Positions 13,768-25,260 of a DNA stretch of 64,000 nucleotides are shown here, piece after piece. The stretch is from Botryllus schlosseri. Lineage: Eukaryota. The translations under genes were made by a program, and so were the position numbers. The notes beneath the pieces are model-generated. The model had not been told where the DNA came from. It was given only the letters and a program-made list of their open reading frames with translations, and ran no database searches. Where the stretch lies: assembly GCA_051294905.1 (NCBI GenBank), contig CM119371.1:37078001-37142000 (forward strand). Direction: 5' to 3'. Within the stretch, counting starts at the first letter, position 1. Every line of letters starts with the position of its first letter.

Positions 13768-14429
13768 AGCAGCTCAACTGACTATATTGTGAACGTAACC
13801 GCACCAAAACCTTTAGAATGAGCTGCACGTGACAGAAGGGTTTCTTCCATGGAAGAAGTAATTTATTAAACAGAAAATTGCGTGCGAGATTACCAATAAT
13901 TCCACTCTGGCACCCACCCATTAACCCAATTTGATCTAGAACAGGGTGTCCCACCTTTTTGACCAAAGGGCCATATTCGGTTAAAGAATGATTACAAGGG
14001 CCACTTGATTATTGATGATTTTTTTGCTGTTTGTCTTCATGCAATGGAGCTCAATTGCTAATATTTATGTTATTAGAAATAAGTGTGCATCAATTTATCA
14101 GTAGCGCCAAAAATCTACCAGCAATCTAATTTCTTTCTCCGCTTAAGGGTTCAATACATCAGTAGATGTTTTTAGTGTGACATTTACGAGTCCAGTGTGT
14201 TGGGTAGGCCTACTATACCCAAGAAGTACCACGTGTAGAAAGTTCCAGCTAACTTGCACAGGTCGGTTTGTTGTCACAGTAAAATTCGTATGACATTTGG
14301 AATCTCTGGAAAGCTTCAACTGCCCCGGGTAATTGACGGACATGGTAGAAGAATGGGGTGAGGTAGTTGGTGTCAGACTTGGTAAGGTTAAGTCATCGAT
14401 ATCGCTGTGAAGTTTTATGTCATATAATA

Positions 14430-14985
14430 ATTAGGTTGGCTAAAACAACGCTGGCTCAATTTCAAACAGCAGAAGCGAAGTTCTTGCAGTAAAACGTTTT
14501 GAATTATTTATATAAGTACGGTAGTAAATGAAAAAAGGAAATTGAAATTTTCTGCCAACTACATTAAATTGTTTCGCTGTCAGTAGAAACGTTGCACACC
14601 AAATTTATCTCCAGTCCAACCACTACAAGCGACGTTATTGCAGTGGAAAATTTTGGATTTAAATGATATAGTATTTACGGTGGCTAACTCTTTCATTATT
14701 TATTATAGAATTTTTCGCCTCCAATAACTTCGCTTCTATAGGTTGGAATTGAGCCGAATTCGGTGTGCATCATCTCCACTGACAGCCCAACATTTTTGTG
14801 GTGGACAGAAAAATTTCAATTTCTATGGTTTTTATATAATAAACCCATATTTTTCTACTGTTGTAATTTCTATTCTACCAGTTACATTGAGTCAAATTTA
14901 GTGTGCAAGTTTTTTTTTAGCCAACGTAACAATTTTGTCAGGTAGTCAGTGAAATTTGAAGAAAATGTTGTTTTAACAGCCCTAA
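14430..14985. mobile_element. Palindromic MITE (AATTCCAACC / TTTTAACAGCCCTA family)
   Basis: Internal inverted symmetry. Related copies at about 3940-4110, 5310-5640, 31057-31535 and 57610-58175. Confidence 0.6.
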
Positions 14986-15334
14986 TGCACAAACTAGTAT
15001 TTCAGCATTAATAACTGTTGAGATAGAAGTAGTAGCCTGCGATATATGAAAATAAATACTTGAGCAAGTGAAACTAGTAGATAATCCACCCGAGTATTAT
15101 GGAAAAGCAGAAATACTTCCAAACTGATGCCTCTGTTAGGTGGGCAATAAAAATATGCCATGCGTGATGAGCAGAGCTGGGCAAAATCAATTTCCTGAGT
15201 GGATCGATTCTGAATCGAGTGTTTCGACTCGACTCGAGTGTTCGGGCATCACTCATTGTGACATCACCAAATTGTGAATGATGCGGAAAGTTCAAATACG
15301 GTTTGTGTCTTTTATGCGACCAGAATGTGTAGAT

Positions 15335-16124
15335 TACCGACATTTTTCATGTGAAATACCCCTCCATGTATAATATGCACCCTTAAAATGACATGCAAGT
15401 TCTGGGAAAATCCTGTACCCATGTATAGCACTCACCCTGCATTTGCAGTACATGAATACTAGTTATGTTTTATGTTCGATGTCATTCTGTATTTGAAACG
15501 TCACTGTTGATCAATCATGACATAACGATCGCTAATCATAATATACTTAACGGCATTGTCTCTAAACGATAGTAGATAGCAGCCGAAGTCTGTTCGGCCC
15601 TCAACGCGATAGCTCAGGCAGCGACATGACATCTTGCGCACTAGGCCTATTACAGACGTGATTACTGGGGCCAGCGATTATGTTGGGCCTACCAGGCCTG
15701 TTGAAGATGTGACTCTAGTGTTTAGGCCAGCGACTACATCTTCCGGACAGGGTGTGTTGTATATGCGATTGTTCAGGCCACAGGCCAAGCACGTGTGCAG
15801 CAATCAATGACCTAATTTCGGTTGCGTCCAAACGGCAAACCAACTCATCAGGTGATTGCGTGCTGATGTGCAGCGCAGACGACTCTAGCAAATTGGCAAC
15901 AGTCATCTCGCTAATTGGCAGCGTGTAACACTGATAATACGTATCACTGGGCATGCTGGCTGAATGTGATGCGCGATTAAAATAAACATCAAGAAAGGTG
16001 TGAATTCAAGTTTTATTTCGGGGGAGATTTTAATAAAGGCTTCTTGTAACCATGCATCATATGCACCCCCACATTTCAGGACAATAAAATCGGTAAAATT
16101 TTGCCAATTATACATGGAAATATG
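15335..16124. mobile_element. pogo/Tigger-like non-autonomous element directly upstream of ZF array 1
   Basis: TACCG.CATTTTTCATGT start, ATACATGGAAATATG end and internal GCACCC boxes. Partial paralog at 59355-59530. Confidence 0.45.
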
Positions 16125-17414
16125 AATATCCCTACTGGCGTCAAAAATCATGAATGTGCTGTGTGCGGGAAAGCATTTACTCGGAAGGGTCACCTGAAGC
16201 GTCATATGGAGATACATGCTAGCGTCAAACATCAGGAGTGTGATATATGTGGAAAAGCATTTCTTCATAAGCGTAGCCTCAAACTTCATGTTGAGATGCA
16301 TGCTGGCGTCAAAAATTATAAATGTGTTGTGTGTGGGAAAGCATTTACTCAGAAGGGAGCCCTCCAGCTTCATATGAAGATCCATGCTGGCATCAAGAAT
16401 TATCACTGTAATGTCTGTGAGAAAGCATTTACTCAGAAGGGATCCCTCGGGCTTCATATGAAGATCCATGCTGGCGTCAAAAATCATGAATGTTATGTAT
16501 GTGGGAAACCATTTCTTCATAAGGGTCACCTGAAGCTTCATATGGAGGTGCATGCTGGCGTCAAAAATCAGGAGTGTGATATATGTGGAAAAGCATTTCT
16601 TCACAAGCGTAGCTTCAAACTTCATATTGAGATGCATGCTGGCGTCAAAAATCATAAATGTGTTGTGTGTGGAAAAGCATTTACCCACAAGGGTAGCCTC
16701 AACCGTCATATAAAGATCCATGCTGGCATCAAGAACCATGACTGTAATGTGTGTGGGAAAGCATTTACTCAGAAGGGATCCCTGAAGCTTCATATGAAGA
16801 TCCATGCTAGCATCCAGAATCATGACTGTAATATCTGTGAGAAAGCATTTACTCGGAAGAGATCCCTCGGGCTTCATATGAAGATCCATGCTGGCGTCAA
16901 AAATTTTGAATGTGATGTATGTGGGAAACCATTTACTCAGAAGAGTCACCTGAAGCTTCATATGGAGGTGCATGCTGGCGTCAAAAATCAGGAGTGTGAT
17001 ATATGTGGAAAAGCATTTCTTCACAAACGTAGCTTGGAACTTCATATTGAGATGCATGCTGGCGTCAAAAATCATAAATGTGTTGTATGTGGGAAAGCAT
17101 TTACCCGCAAGGGTAGCCTCAAGCGTCATATAAAGATCCATGCTGGCATCAAAAACCATGACTGTAATGTGTGTGGGAAAGCATTTACTCAGAAGGGATC
17201 CCTCAAGCTTCATATGGAGAACCATGCTGGCGTCAAAAATCATGAATGTGATGTATGTGGGAAAGCATTCACTCTGAAGGGTCACTTGAATCTTCATATG
17301 GAGATGCATGCTGGCATTAAAGATCATGAATGTGATGTTTGTGGGAAGGCATTTACTCGGAAGACAACCCTTACCGGACATATGCGGATACATGCTTGCA
17401 TAAAAAAATCATAA
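16122..17414 (+). CDS. Tandem C2H2 zinc-finger protein (15 fingers, no effector domain visible)
   Basis: Uninterrupted 84-bp repeats CxxCGKAFxxKxxLxxHMxxH with AGVKNHE linkers. First ATG at 16122; the frame is open from 16101. Confidence 0.9.
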   Translation: MNIPTGVKNHECAVCGKAFTRKGHLKRHMEIHASVKHQECDICGKAFLHKRSLKLHVEMHAGVKNYKCVVCGKAFTQKGALQLHMKIHAGIKNYHCNVCEKAFTQKGSLGLHMKIHAGVKNHECYVCGKPFLHKGHLKLHMEVHAGVKNQECDICGKAFLHKRSFKLHIEMHAGVKNHKCVVCGKAFTHKGSLNRHIKIHAGIKNHDCNVCGKAFTQKGSLKLHMKIHASIQNHDCNICEKAFTRKRSLGLHMKIHAGVKNFECDVCGKPFTQKSHLKLHMEVHAGVKNQECDICGKAFLHKRSLELHIEMHAGVKNHKCVVCGKAFTRKGSLKRHIKIHAGIKNHDCNVCGKAFTQKGSLKLHMENHAGVKNHECDVCGKAFTLKGHLNLHMEMHAGIKDHECDVCGKAFTRKTTLTGHMRIHACIKKS

Positions 17415-17962
17415 ATGTGGTGTATGAGGGAAGGCATTTACTCAGAAGAGTCACTTCGAACTCCGTATGATTATTTTGCTGACATCAAAAATCTAGTATG
17501 CAATATTGGCAACCAAGCTCGAACATGCTCCAGACGTGGTATCGAGTGGCAGTTCAGTCCACATATACCCCGTACGTAATGCTGTCCTGTCGCTGGTACG
17601 CAATATCTGTTTACGAAGCGAAAAGCAATCGCTACCTACAACTGGGTACTCATCCGTTAATCATGTGTTGCGCCTCCATCCATAGGTTAGTTATCGATAG
17701 TTGAACGTTTCGTAGACAGTCTGCCTCGTCTGGCCTCTGAGCGGGTTCAGCTTCTGTTGCACTCATGTGCAAGGTCGTATTGAACTTACTGGATGCCAAA
17801 CACCCATGTCCAATGTCCATTTCTGGTGAACTCCCGAATAATCTATTTTTCCATATCAGCTTTCTATGTGCACGAAACTCACGAGTGGTTTTGTTATGAA
17901 CAGTTACTGGAAGTCAACACGATCGCTTGAATTCACTAATGAATTTCGTCAATAATATAGAG

Positions 17963-19519
17963 CAGGGGTTCTCAACTTCCCTTGTATATCGGGCCGCATT
18001 TTAACAGCAGAAGATGCTGCATGCCGCACAAAAAAAAATCACATGTATTTTTGGGCTAATGTTAAATTTAGGCTAATGTAGCCTATTTACCAGTCGTATA
18101 CGGCCATGTAGTACGTTTTTATGCATTCTAAAGCATTATTGGACAGCGTTCGTAAGTTTGCAGCTGCTGCTTGTTGTAAGACTATGTATCTTCTTGCGGC
18201 GCAAGTAAATCACTTCATGGAGCGTGCATTGCATTCGATACCAAGTCGGTATATTCAACTTCAAACCCTTCCACAAGAGAACCGAACTCTCTGTTTCAAT
18301 GCGTGAGAGAGCAAGTATCAAATTACGGTAACGTTTGCGTTACGGAGGCCATTATCACATTGAGCTCTGAGTGATATATGAAGAAGTCTGGTGATCGGGG
18401 CCATTTCTGAGCAAACCAATCGGCCCTTTTTCTTTCCTTCCAAGCCTGGGGCCCTGCATCATTAATTACAGTAGTCAGCTTTGTCAAGTTGATATTTTTA
18501 CTGGTCCCCTCCCCACGTTTGCCCAGCCTGCATTTACTCTGCATATACGTCCACTCTGATAAAATTCAACCAGATTATTAGTTATGCAATATCGGTGGAT
18601 TCGTCCGAGGCTGGGTTAAGTAGTCTACGCGGCAACGTGTTTCAGAACATGCTATAAAATACCGACTGACATTGATGTTTCTCATCTGGTCACGATTGAA
18701 TCAGACGACTGTATCTTCGCAATTCGTCGGGTGATGTTGTCCTTGCTACTACGTTCCGGAAACAGCAGATATTCGCACAGAATGTTGAGGTTTTATTGAA
18801 ATAACACCTTCTTTAGCAGATTTCTTGGGTTTAGCGATATTCCAATCAATTTTGAACGATGCGTCTGTAACCTCATCGGCAATCTCAACAACAGTTTGCA
18901 CTGAGTCTGACACTCTTTAAAAGTGTAGGCCTACTACGTTACGGAATTCTCTTGAACTAGAGTCCAGTCGAATACCGATTCAAATCAATACCAATCTTAA
19001 GTCGAGCATGCATCAAGAAACGAGAACACATTAAAGCAGTGGTTCTCGAACTATTTTAGACATGCCCCCGTTTTTGATAGGTAAAATTTAGTGCCCCCTT
19101 ATCGTCATATAACAAAATGCAACCAGAATGCTAGCAACACAAACGGCTAGTTCGATGGCAAGGAAGGTTATGGCTGTTGATGAGAGAATTCTCAAATATG
19201 AAATTCTGACTATACACCGAGAAATAACTAGTAAACGGAGATAAATTGCGCACATCGCAAATTTTTTTTGTTCAGTTGACCGCATCTTCTCCCCCCCCTC
19301 AGATGCTTTCAGACCCCCAAGTCAGCGCATCCTCCAGTTTGAGAACCACTGCTTTCAAGAATGAGTAATCAAATGAAAGAGAGACGGTGCGATAAAAGAG
19401 CCAAGTATCTAAATTAATTTGTAAAAATACCGTGTCAGAAGTAATTGCGTTTATAATGAAAGATGGCCGCAAAATAATCGTCTGCGGGCCGCATGCGGCC
19501 CGCGGGTTGAGAACCCCTG
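17963..19519. mobile_element. Charlie/Buster-type hAT non-autonomous element in the ZF1 3' region, with a nested MITE at 19037-19351
   Basis: TIR CAGGGGTTCTCAAC; perfect TSD ATATAGAG; absent from the ZF2 and ZF3 3' regions. Confidence 0.9.
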
Positions 19520-20681
19520 ATATAGAGTTTCATGTATTACTAACAAATATTTAAATGATGACCCCTTTCAAAAGTTTACGGCAAGGTATGAATGATGATG
19601 CATCTTCGGACTTTGTTGCATGCTGTTTTTTCGTGAGCTCCTGTCAGGATTTTCGGTATAGTGGTAAAATGTTGGAATGGTCCAATGGTACCAGAAACAA
19701 AATTTCTTTTGTGAGGAGCACACGGTTACAAATACGTATTCACAATATTTTCCTCTGCTGTTCGCATCTGTACTGTGTGGCTCCGATTGCAAAGGGCGCT
19801 ACTATATTGAAATTGAAAATTTAATGAAGTCGCAATAAATCGCGTATAGCGCATGGAAAATCTGAAGTGTAATCAAAATCTCTTTAAAATTAGGTAGTCA
19901 ATCCATAAATTCAATTTGTATGTCATAGGTCGCCAACACATACTATGTGAATTACGTGTTGACAGCGGCTCAAATTTCGTTCTACGACCACAGGTTGCAA
20001 GATTGTAACCAAGTCACAAGGTTCCAAGTCAAGAGACAAGATACCAATAATGTGTTAAATTTACTATTCTTCGAAGTTACAATGTAATGTCTGTCCTGGC
20101 CACCCTAATGTCGACTCATATGACTTGGTTCGAGACAACCTTGGCAGGTTAGCCAGCCCATAGCGAGAGTATCGATTTCCAGTTCTTTACAACAAGTATT
20201 TCACATGACATGCTGTTGTGTTTCAAATTGCCATAAATATTCTATTACTATTGTTGCAGATTAGTTGTTGCAGTCGTCGAAAATTCAAAAGTCTGTATAC
20301 AGGATAACGTGACTCTGACTGGTGATTGGCGACGAATGGGAACTGTGAATGACGAAGGGGGCAAATTGGGTCGAAAATGGACAAAGGGGGCGAAAATATC
20401 GAAGGGGGTGATGATGCGTCAAAGCGGATGACCTTTTTTTTTCAGTCAACCCGCCGGTGATTACAGTTTGTATGCCCAATTTTCGGTACACAAAATTTGG
20501 GGGGCGATGATCGATGTTAACCTTGAAAAGGGGGCGATGGGTTGAAAAAGGTTGGGAACCACTGAATTAGACAATATGATTTTGAAAATATTTTGTTTTT
20601 TGACATAAAAGTTGGCCAGCAGTTTGAATCTGTAGATGTGAAAATATTTTGCTGGCATAATATCTCAAGTAAGCAGTACAG

Positions 20682-21090
20682 CAGAGATGAGCGGATTTGA
20701 AATTTCTATATCCTAATCCAATCCAAATCCACACCTTCAAATCCAAATCCTAATCCATAACTTTTTCATATTCCAGTCCATGTCCAATCCTAATCCGATT
20801 CCAACTGGAAATTCAGAAAAAAAACTAATTTATGCAATGGAGGGATTCGAAAATTTTCTTTTACAACCAACGATTCACTTGATTCAAGATAACCTAGTAA
20901 CCATAAGTACGTTAATAACTGATTTGAATAAAGTTTGTCGCCATTCGCCACACGATATTTCAATCTCCCAGAGAATAGATGAATCCAATTTAAATCCTAA
21001 TCCGTTCTGAAAAAATGTCTAATCCAAATCCGACAAAATTTCACAAATCCTGTTTTTTCAAAACCTAATCCTAATCCATGCTCATCTCTG
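20682..21090. mobile_element. hAT-type MITE with AATCC subterminal repeats
   Basis: TIR CAGAGATGAGC; perfect TSD CAGTACAG; empty sites at about 10077 and 41822. Confidence 0.9.
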
Positions 21091-21929
21091 CAGTACAGCT
21101 ACACTAAAATATACTAGCATGCTCCGAAAACGCAGTATTTCGCTACTGGTTAGTGGTTACCTCAGAGGAAAATTTCTGATGCTGCTCAAGTACAAACCCG
21201 CAGAATTTTACTCAAGTGGACGCGATAATATTGAAGTATATCAAAACTACCTCACGTAGTAGCAGAATGGAACGTTGTTGAAAAGTCTAAGAAGTAAATT
21301 GAAACTGGACAATAGGGCTACATGACTTGATAATGAGTTTAAAAATGAAATACGAACATTAGAAATTCTGAAAGTGGAAGTAGTACAAGACCACTTGCGG
21401 AGGGACGGTCCGCTGTTGTGATTGTGGGATTTTGTGATATCATCGATAGACCACAGCTTTGCCTTATAGTATTGCGCATTCCGCCGTTTAGACTTAACTC
21501 ACTCAATGGATTTTGTCATTGTCCGTCTGGTCCGCCGTTTAGTCTTGGCCGTGATGTGATTACAATAACAAAAATATAATGAATATTATAGTCAGTCAGT
21601 AGCTCAGTACCTAGTTCAGTACGAATCACGAGTGGTGTTGCTGTGATTATGTTCAGAATAAGGTCAGTCTCTACTTTGAATATAAGATCAGTGTTGTCGA
21701 TTTATTTTAGTTGCAGACTTTCACGGATATCATGCAGCCTACATGAATAAACTCCAGTCGTGTATATAAGTATTTACATAGATACTCAAATAACGTGGCA
21801 ATAATTTAATCAGTTTTACGTCAACCACCTACTGCAAATTTGAAATAATCAGTTGAAATAGAATATTATTTATTTTATAGCACAATTGTTTTTGTACGAT
21901 GTTCGCCCGTAAGCTATTTAGTGCAGTTT

Positions 21930-22340
21930 CTTGGCAATGGTCTGCCATAATATGTTCAATTGTTCATCTCATCTGCCCTGATATCCTTCTTTTGTAGTTC
22001 TGATGTCTTGGTAGAACCTTTCCCCTTGCTAATCAACTATAGATCTTCAGTAAATATATCAATATGACTGAACAGGAAGCTCAAGTTCGTGCTCAAGTTT
22101 TCGATATGCAGGGACAAATTTTCGGACCAACTGTTCTTAGTTGGGTGCTTTGTGATCATCTAAAAAGTTTTATTCACTACATCTCAGGAGAAATTTCATG
22201 TAGTGAACTCCTTCCTAATGTGAAATTGGAATCTTTCATCGATATCCGAATATACCAGATATTATTTCAACTGAAGACGCAGATGCCCAATATGCAGTAC
22301 CCAAGATACAAAGAATATAAACAAGGTGTCTAATCGTTGA
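21930..22340 (-). pseudogene. Decayed Sola-like transposase fragment
   Basis: Minus-strand broken frames: IRISMKDSNF, FLDDHKAPN, SFLFSHIDIFTEDL, RFYQDIRTTKEGYQGR, MADHC. These resemble the HFLHSHLDFFP...GERFHQDI...YQGRW..MADYC motif series. Confidence 0.55.
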
Positions 22341-23401
22341 AACGCCCTAACATATCCATCAATCAGATATCTTTATAATATATAGGCCTACTCATCTTGG
22401 CCTACCGGTACTTTCGTAATGTCCAGCATGTCAGTGGCATTGACGGGCTAGCGGTCATGCTCTCTGTTATTCATCTTGTATTGTGAACATGTCGTAATTT
22501 AATGATCAAATATATCTTCATTTCGTTCATCCATCTTCAAGTTATCAACTTGAGGTTGAATCATTCTTTTTCTGGGCTTGTTGGATATCATACAGCCCCC
22601 TGAGTCAATCCCGTGATAAATTCCGCATCTGGTACACGAGTATGTTAAATTAGGAATTAGAACGATTAGAATAGATTGCAACAGCACAGTCGAGATAAGA
22701 CCGCGTGCTTATTTTCTACGGCGACTGAGCCCCCAACTCGCTACAAAGTTGGATTTTTTCAACTTTGTCTGCGAGTTGCGTAGCCCGCTCGCCGACGCTT
22801 TGTTGCGTTGTCCGGCGACGCGGTGTGCATGGTTTTGTCACAGACAGGCGTGATTCTCTCGTTTTGTTGTGTCGCGAGAGCCAGCGTGCAGCAGCCTTTG
22901 GTCATACTTGGGCAAGTGAAACTGGTAGATAGATCCACCTGAGTACTGCGTAAAAGCAGAAATACTTTCCACCTGATGAACTATTTTAGGGGCACAATAG
23001 ACATGTGTCAAGCGTGATAAGGGGTGATATGCCGGGCTGAAATCCCCGTTACGTTTAGAGTAATATCATTGGTGTGCCAAGGCGGTTCTCAGCGTCACAC
23101 CTGTGTGTAGTCAGTAGAATATTTGGTGTGCACGAGACACCGATTCCATATTGGGTGATAAGTAGCCTACTTGGTTTCAACTCGAGTCGAGTATTCAATT
23201 ATCACTGGTTACTACCTTTTGTGCCACCACAATCACTCTAATGCTAATTCTACATCACATTGAAGATTTGGTATAGTTTGCCATACCTGTATGCGACCGT
23301 TTCCACAAGTGAGTGACACACAGACTCTAATTTCTAACTATTCATCATGACTTGAAATATCGTTTAGGTGATATTTAGAGAGTGGTGGAGGATTATAGGA
23401 C

Positions 23402-24604
23402 ATGCATTCCGGTGTCAAAAATCATGAGTGTGATGTATGTGGGAAAATATTTACTCAAAAGCGTAACCTGACGCGTCATATGGAGATGCATGTTGGCGTC
23501 AAAAACCATGAATGTGATGTGTGTGGAAAAGCATTTACTCAGAAGTATAACCTCAAACGTCATATGGACATGCATGCTGGCGTCAAAAACAATGAATGTG
23601 ATGTGTGTGGAAAAGCTTTTACCCAGAAGGGAGACCTGAAGCTTCATATGGACATGCATGCTGGCGTCCAAAATCATGAATGTGCTGTGTGTGCGAAAGC
23701 ATTTACTCGGAAGGGTGACCTGAAGCTTCATATAAAGATGCATGCTGGCGTCAAAAATCATGAATGTGTTGTTTGTGGCAAAGCATTTACTCGAAAGGGA
23801 CACCTGAAACTTCATATCGAGATGCATGCTGGCGTCAAAAATCATGAATGTGATGTATGTGGGAAAGCATTTGCTCAGAAGGGTCACCTGAAGGTTCATA
23901 TAAAAAAGCATGCTGGCGTCAAAAATCTTGAATGTTGTGTTTGTGGAAAAGCATTTACTCGAAAGGTTCACCTAAAACTTCATATGGAGATGCATGCTGG
24001 CGTCAAAAATCATGAATGTTATGTATGTAGGAAATCATTTACTCACAAGAGTAACCTGAAGCTTCATATGGAGACGCATGCTGGCGTTAAGAACCATGAA
24101 TGTGTTGTGTGTGGCAAACTTTTCACTCGGAAAGGAGGCCTCAAGCGTCATATGGTCATGCATGATGGCATCAAAATTCATGAATGTGCTGTGTGTGGAA
24201 AATCATTTACTCGCAAGGATCATCTCAAGCTTCATTTGGAGATGCATATTGGCGTCAAGAATCGTGAATGTGCTGTGTGCGGAAAAGCGTTTGATCTGAA
24301 GTGTAAGCTCAAGCTTCATATGCAGATACATGCTGGCGTCAGAAATCATGAATGTGCCGTGTGTGGAAAATCATTTACTCACCAGAGTGACCTCAAGCGT
24401 CATATGAAGATACATGCTGGCGTCAAAAATCATCAATGTGCCGTGTGTGGAAAATCATTTACTCACCAGAGTAACCTCAAGCTTCATATGAATATGCATG
24501 CTGGCATCAAAATTCATGAATGTGCTGTGTGTGGAAAAGCATTTACTCGGATGGATCACCTGAAGCTTCATATCGAAATGCACGCTGGCATCAAAAATCA
24601 CTAA
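23402..24604 (+). CDS. Tandem C2H2 zinc-finger protein (14 intact fingers)
   Basis: 400-aa ORF of 28-aa repeats, ended by TAA where the paralogous repeats have GAA. Confidence 0.85.
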   Translation: MHSGVKNHECDVCGKIFTQKRNLTRHMEMHVGVKNHECDVCGKAFTQKYNLKRHMDMHAGVKNNECDVCGKAFTQKGDLKLHMDMHAGVQNHECAVCAKAFTRKGDLKLHIKMHAGVKNHECVVCGKAFTRKGHLKLHIEMHAGVKNHECDVCGKAFAQKGHLKVHIKKHAGVKNLECCVCGKAFTRKVHLKLHMEMHAGVKNHECYVCRKSFTHKSNLKLHMETHAGVKNHECVVCGKLFTRKGGLKRHMVMHDGIKIHECAVCGKSFTRKDHLKLHLEMHIGVKNRECAVCGKAFDLKCKLKLHMQIHAGVRNHECAVCGKSFTHQSDLKRHMKIHAGVKNHQCAVCGKSFTHQSNLKLHMNMHAGIKIHECAVCGKAFTRMDHLKLHIEMHAGIKNH

Positions 24605-25260
24605 TGCCCTGTTTGTGGAAAATCATTTACTCACCTGAGTAACCTCAAGCGTCATACGGAGATACATGCTGGCGTCAAAAACCATGAATGTAATTTGTGT
24701 GGTAAAGCTTTTACTCAGAAGGGTGACCTCAAGCGTCATAGGGCCATGCATGCTGGAGTCAAAAATCATGAATGTTCTGTGTGTGGAAAAGCATTTACTC
24801 GGATGAATTACCTGAAGCTTCATATGGAAATGCATGCTGGCATCAAAAATCACGAATGCCCTGTCTGTGGAAAATCATTTACTCACCAGAGTAACCTCAA
24901 GCTTCATATGAAGATGCATGCTGGCGTCAAAAATCATGAAAGTGCTGTGTGTGGAAAAGCATTTACTCAGAAGGAAGGCCTCAAGCTTCATATGAAGATC
25001 CATGCTGGTGTCTAAAATCATGAATGTGCTGTGTATGGAAAAGCATTTACTCGGAAGGGAAACCTTGAGCGTCATGTGGAGATGCATGCTGGTGTCAAAA
25101 ATCATGAATGTGCAGTGTGTGGGAAAGCGTTTACTCAGAAGGGTCACCTGAAGCTTCATATGCGGATGCATGATGGAATCAAAAATCATCATGTGATGTG
25201 TGTGGGAAAGCATTTATTGAGAAGACAACCCGGACATATGCGGATGTATGCTAGCATGAA
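24605..25260 (+). pseudogene. Eight further finger repeats decaying downstream of the ZF2 stop
   Basis: The repeat continues in register with a second stop (25013-25015), C>S and C>Y ligand losses, and indels in the last unit. Confidence 0.85.

Noticed and set aside
15903..17393. 496-aa minus-strand ORF, and similar ORFs opposite ZF2 and ZF3
   Set aside because: Antisense shadow of the 84-bp finger repeat; a stop-free unit repeats itself.
16122..17414. Regular repeats resembling a CRISPR array
   Set aside because: These are coding 28-aa repeats with no unique spacers, in eukaryotic DNA.
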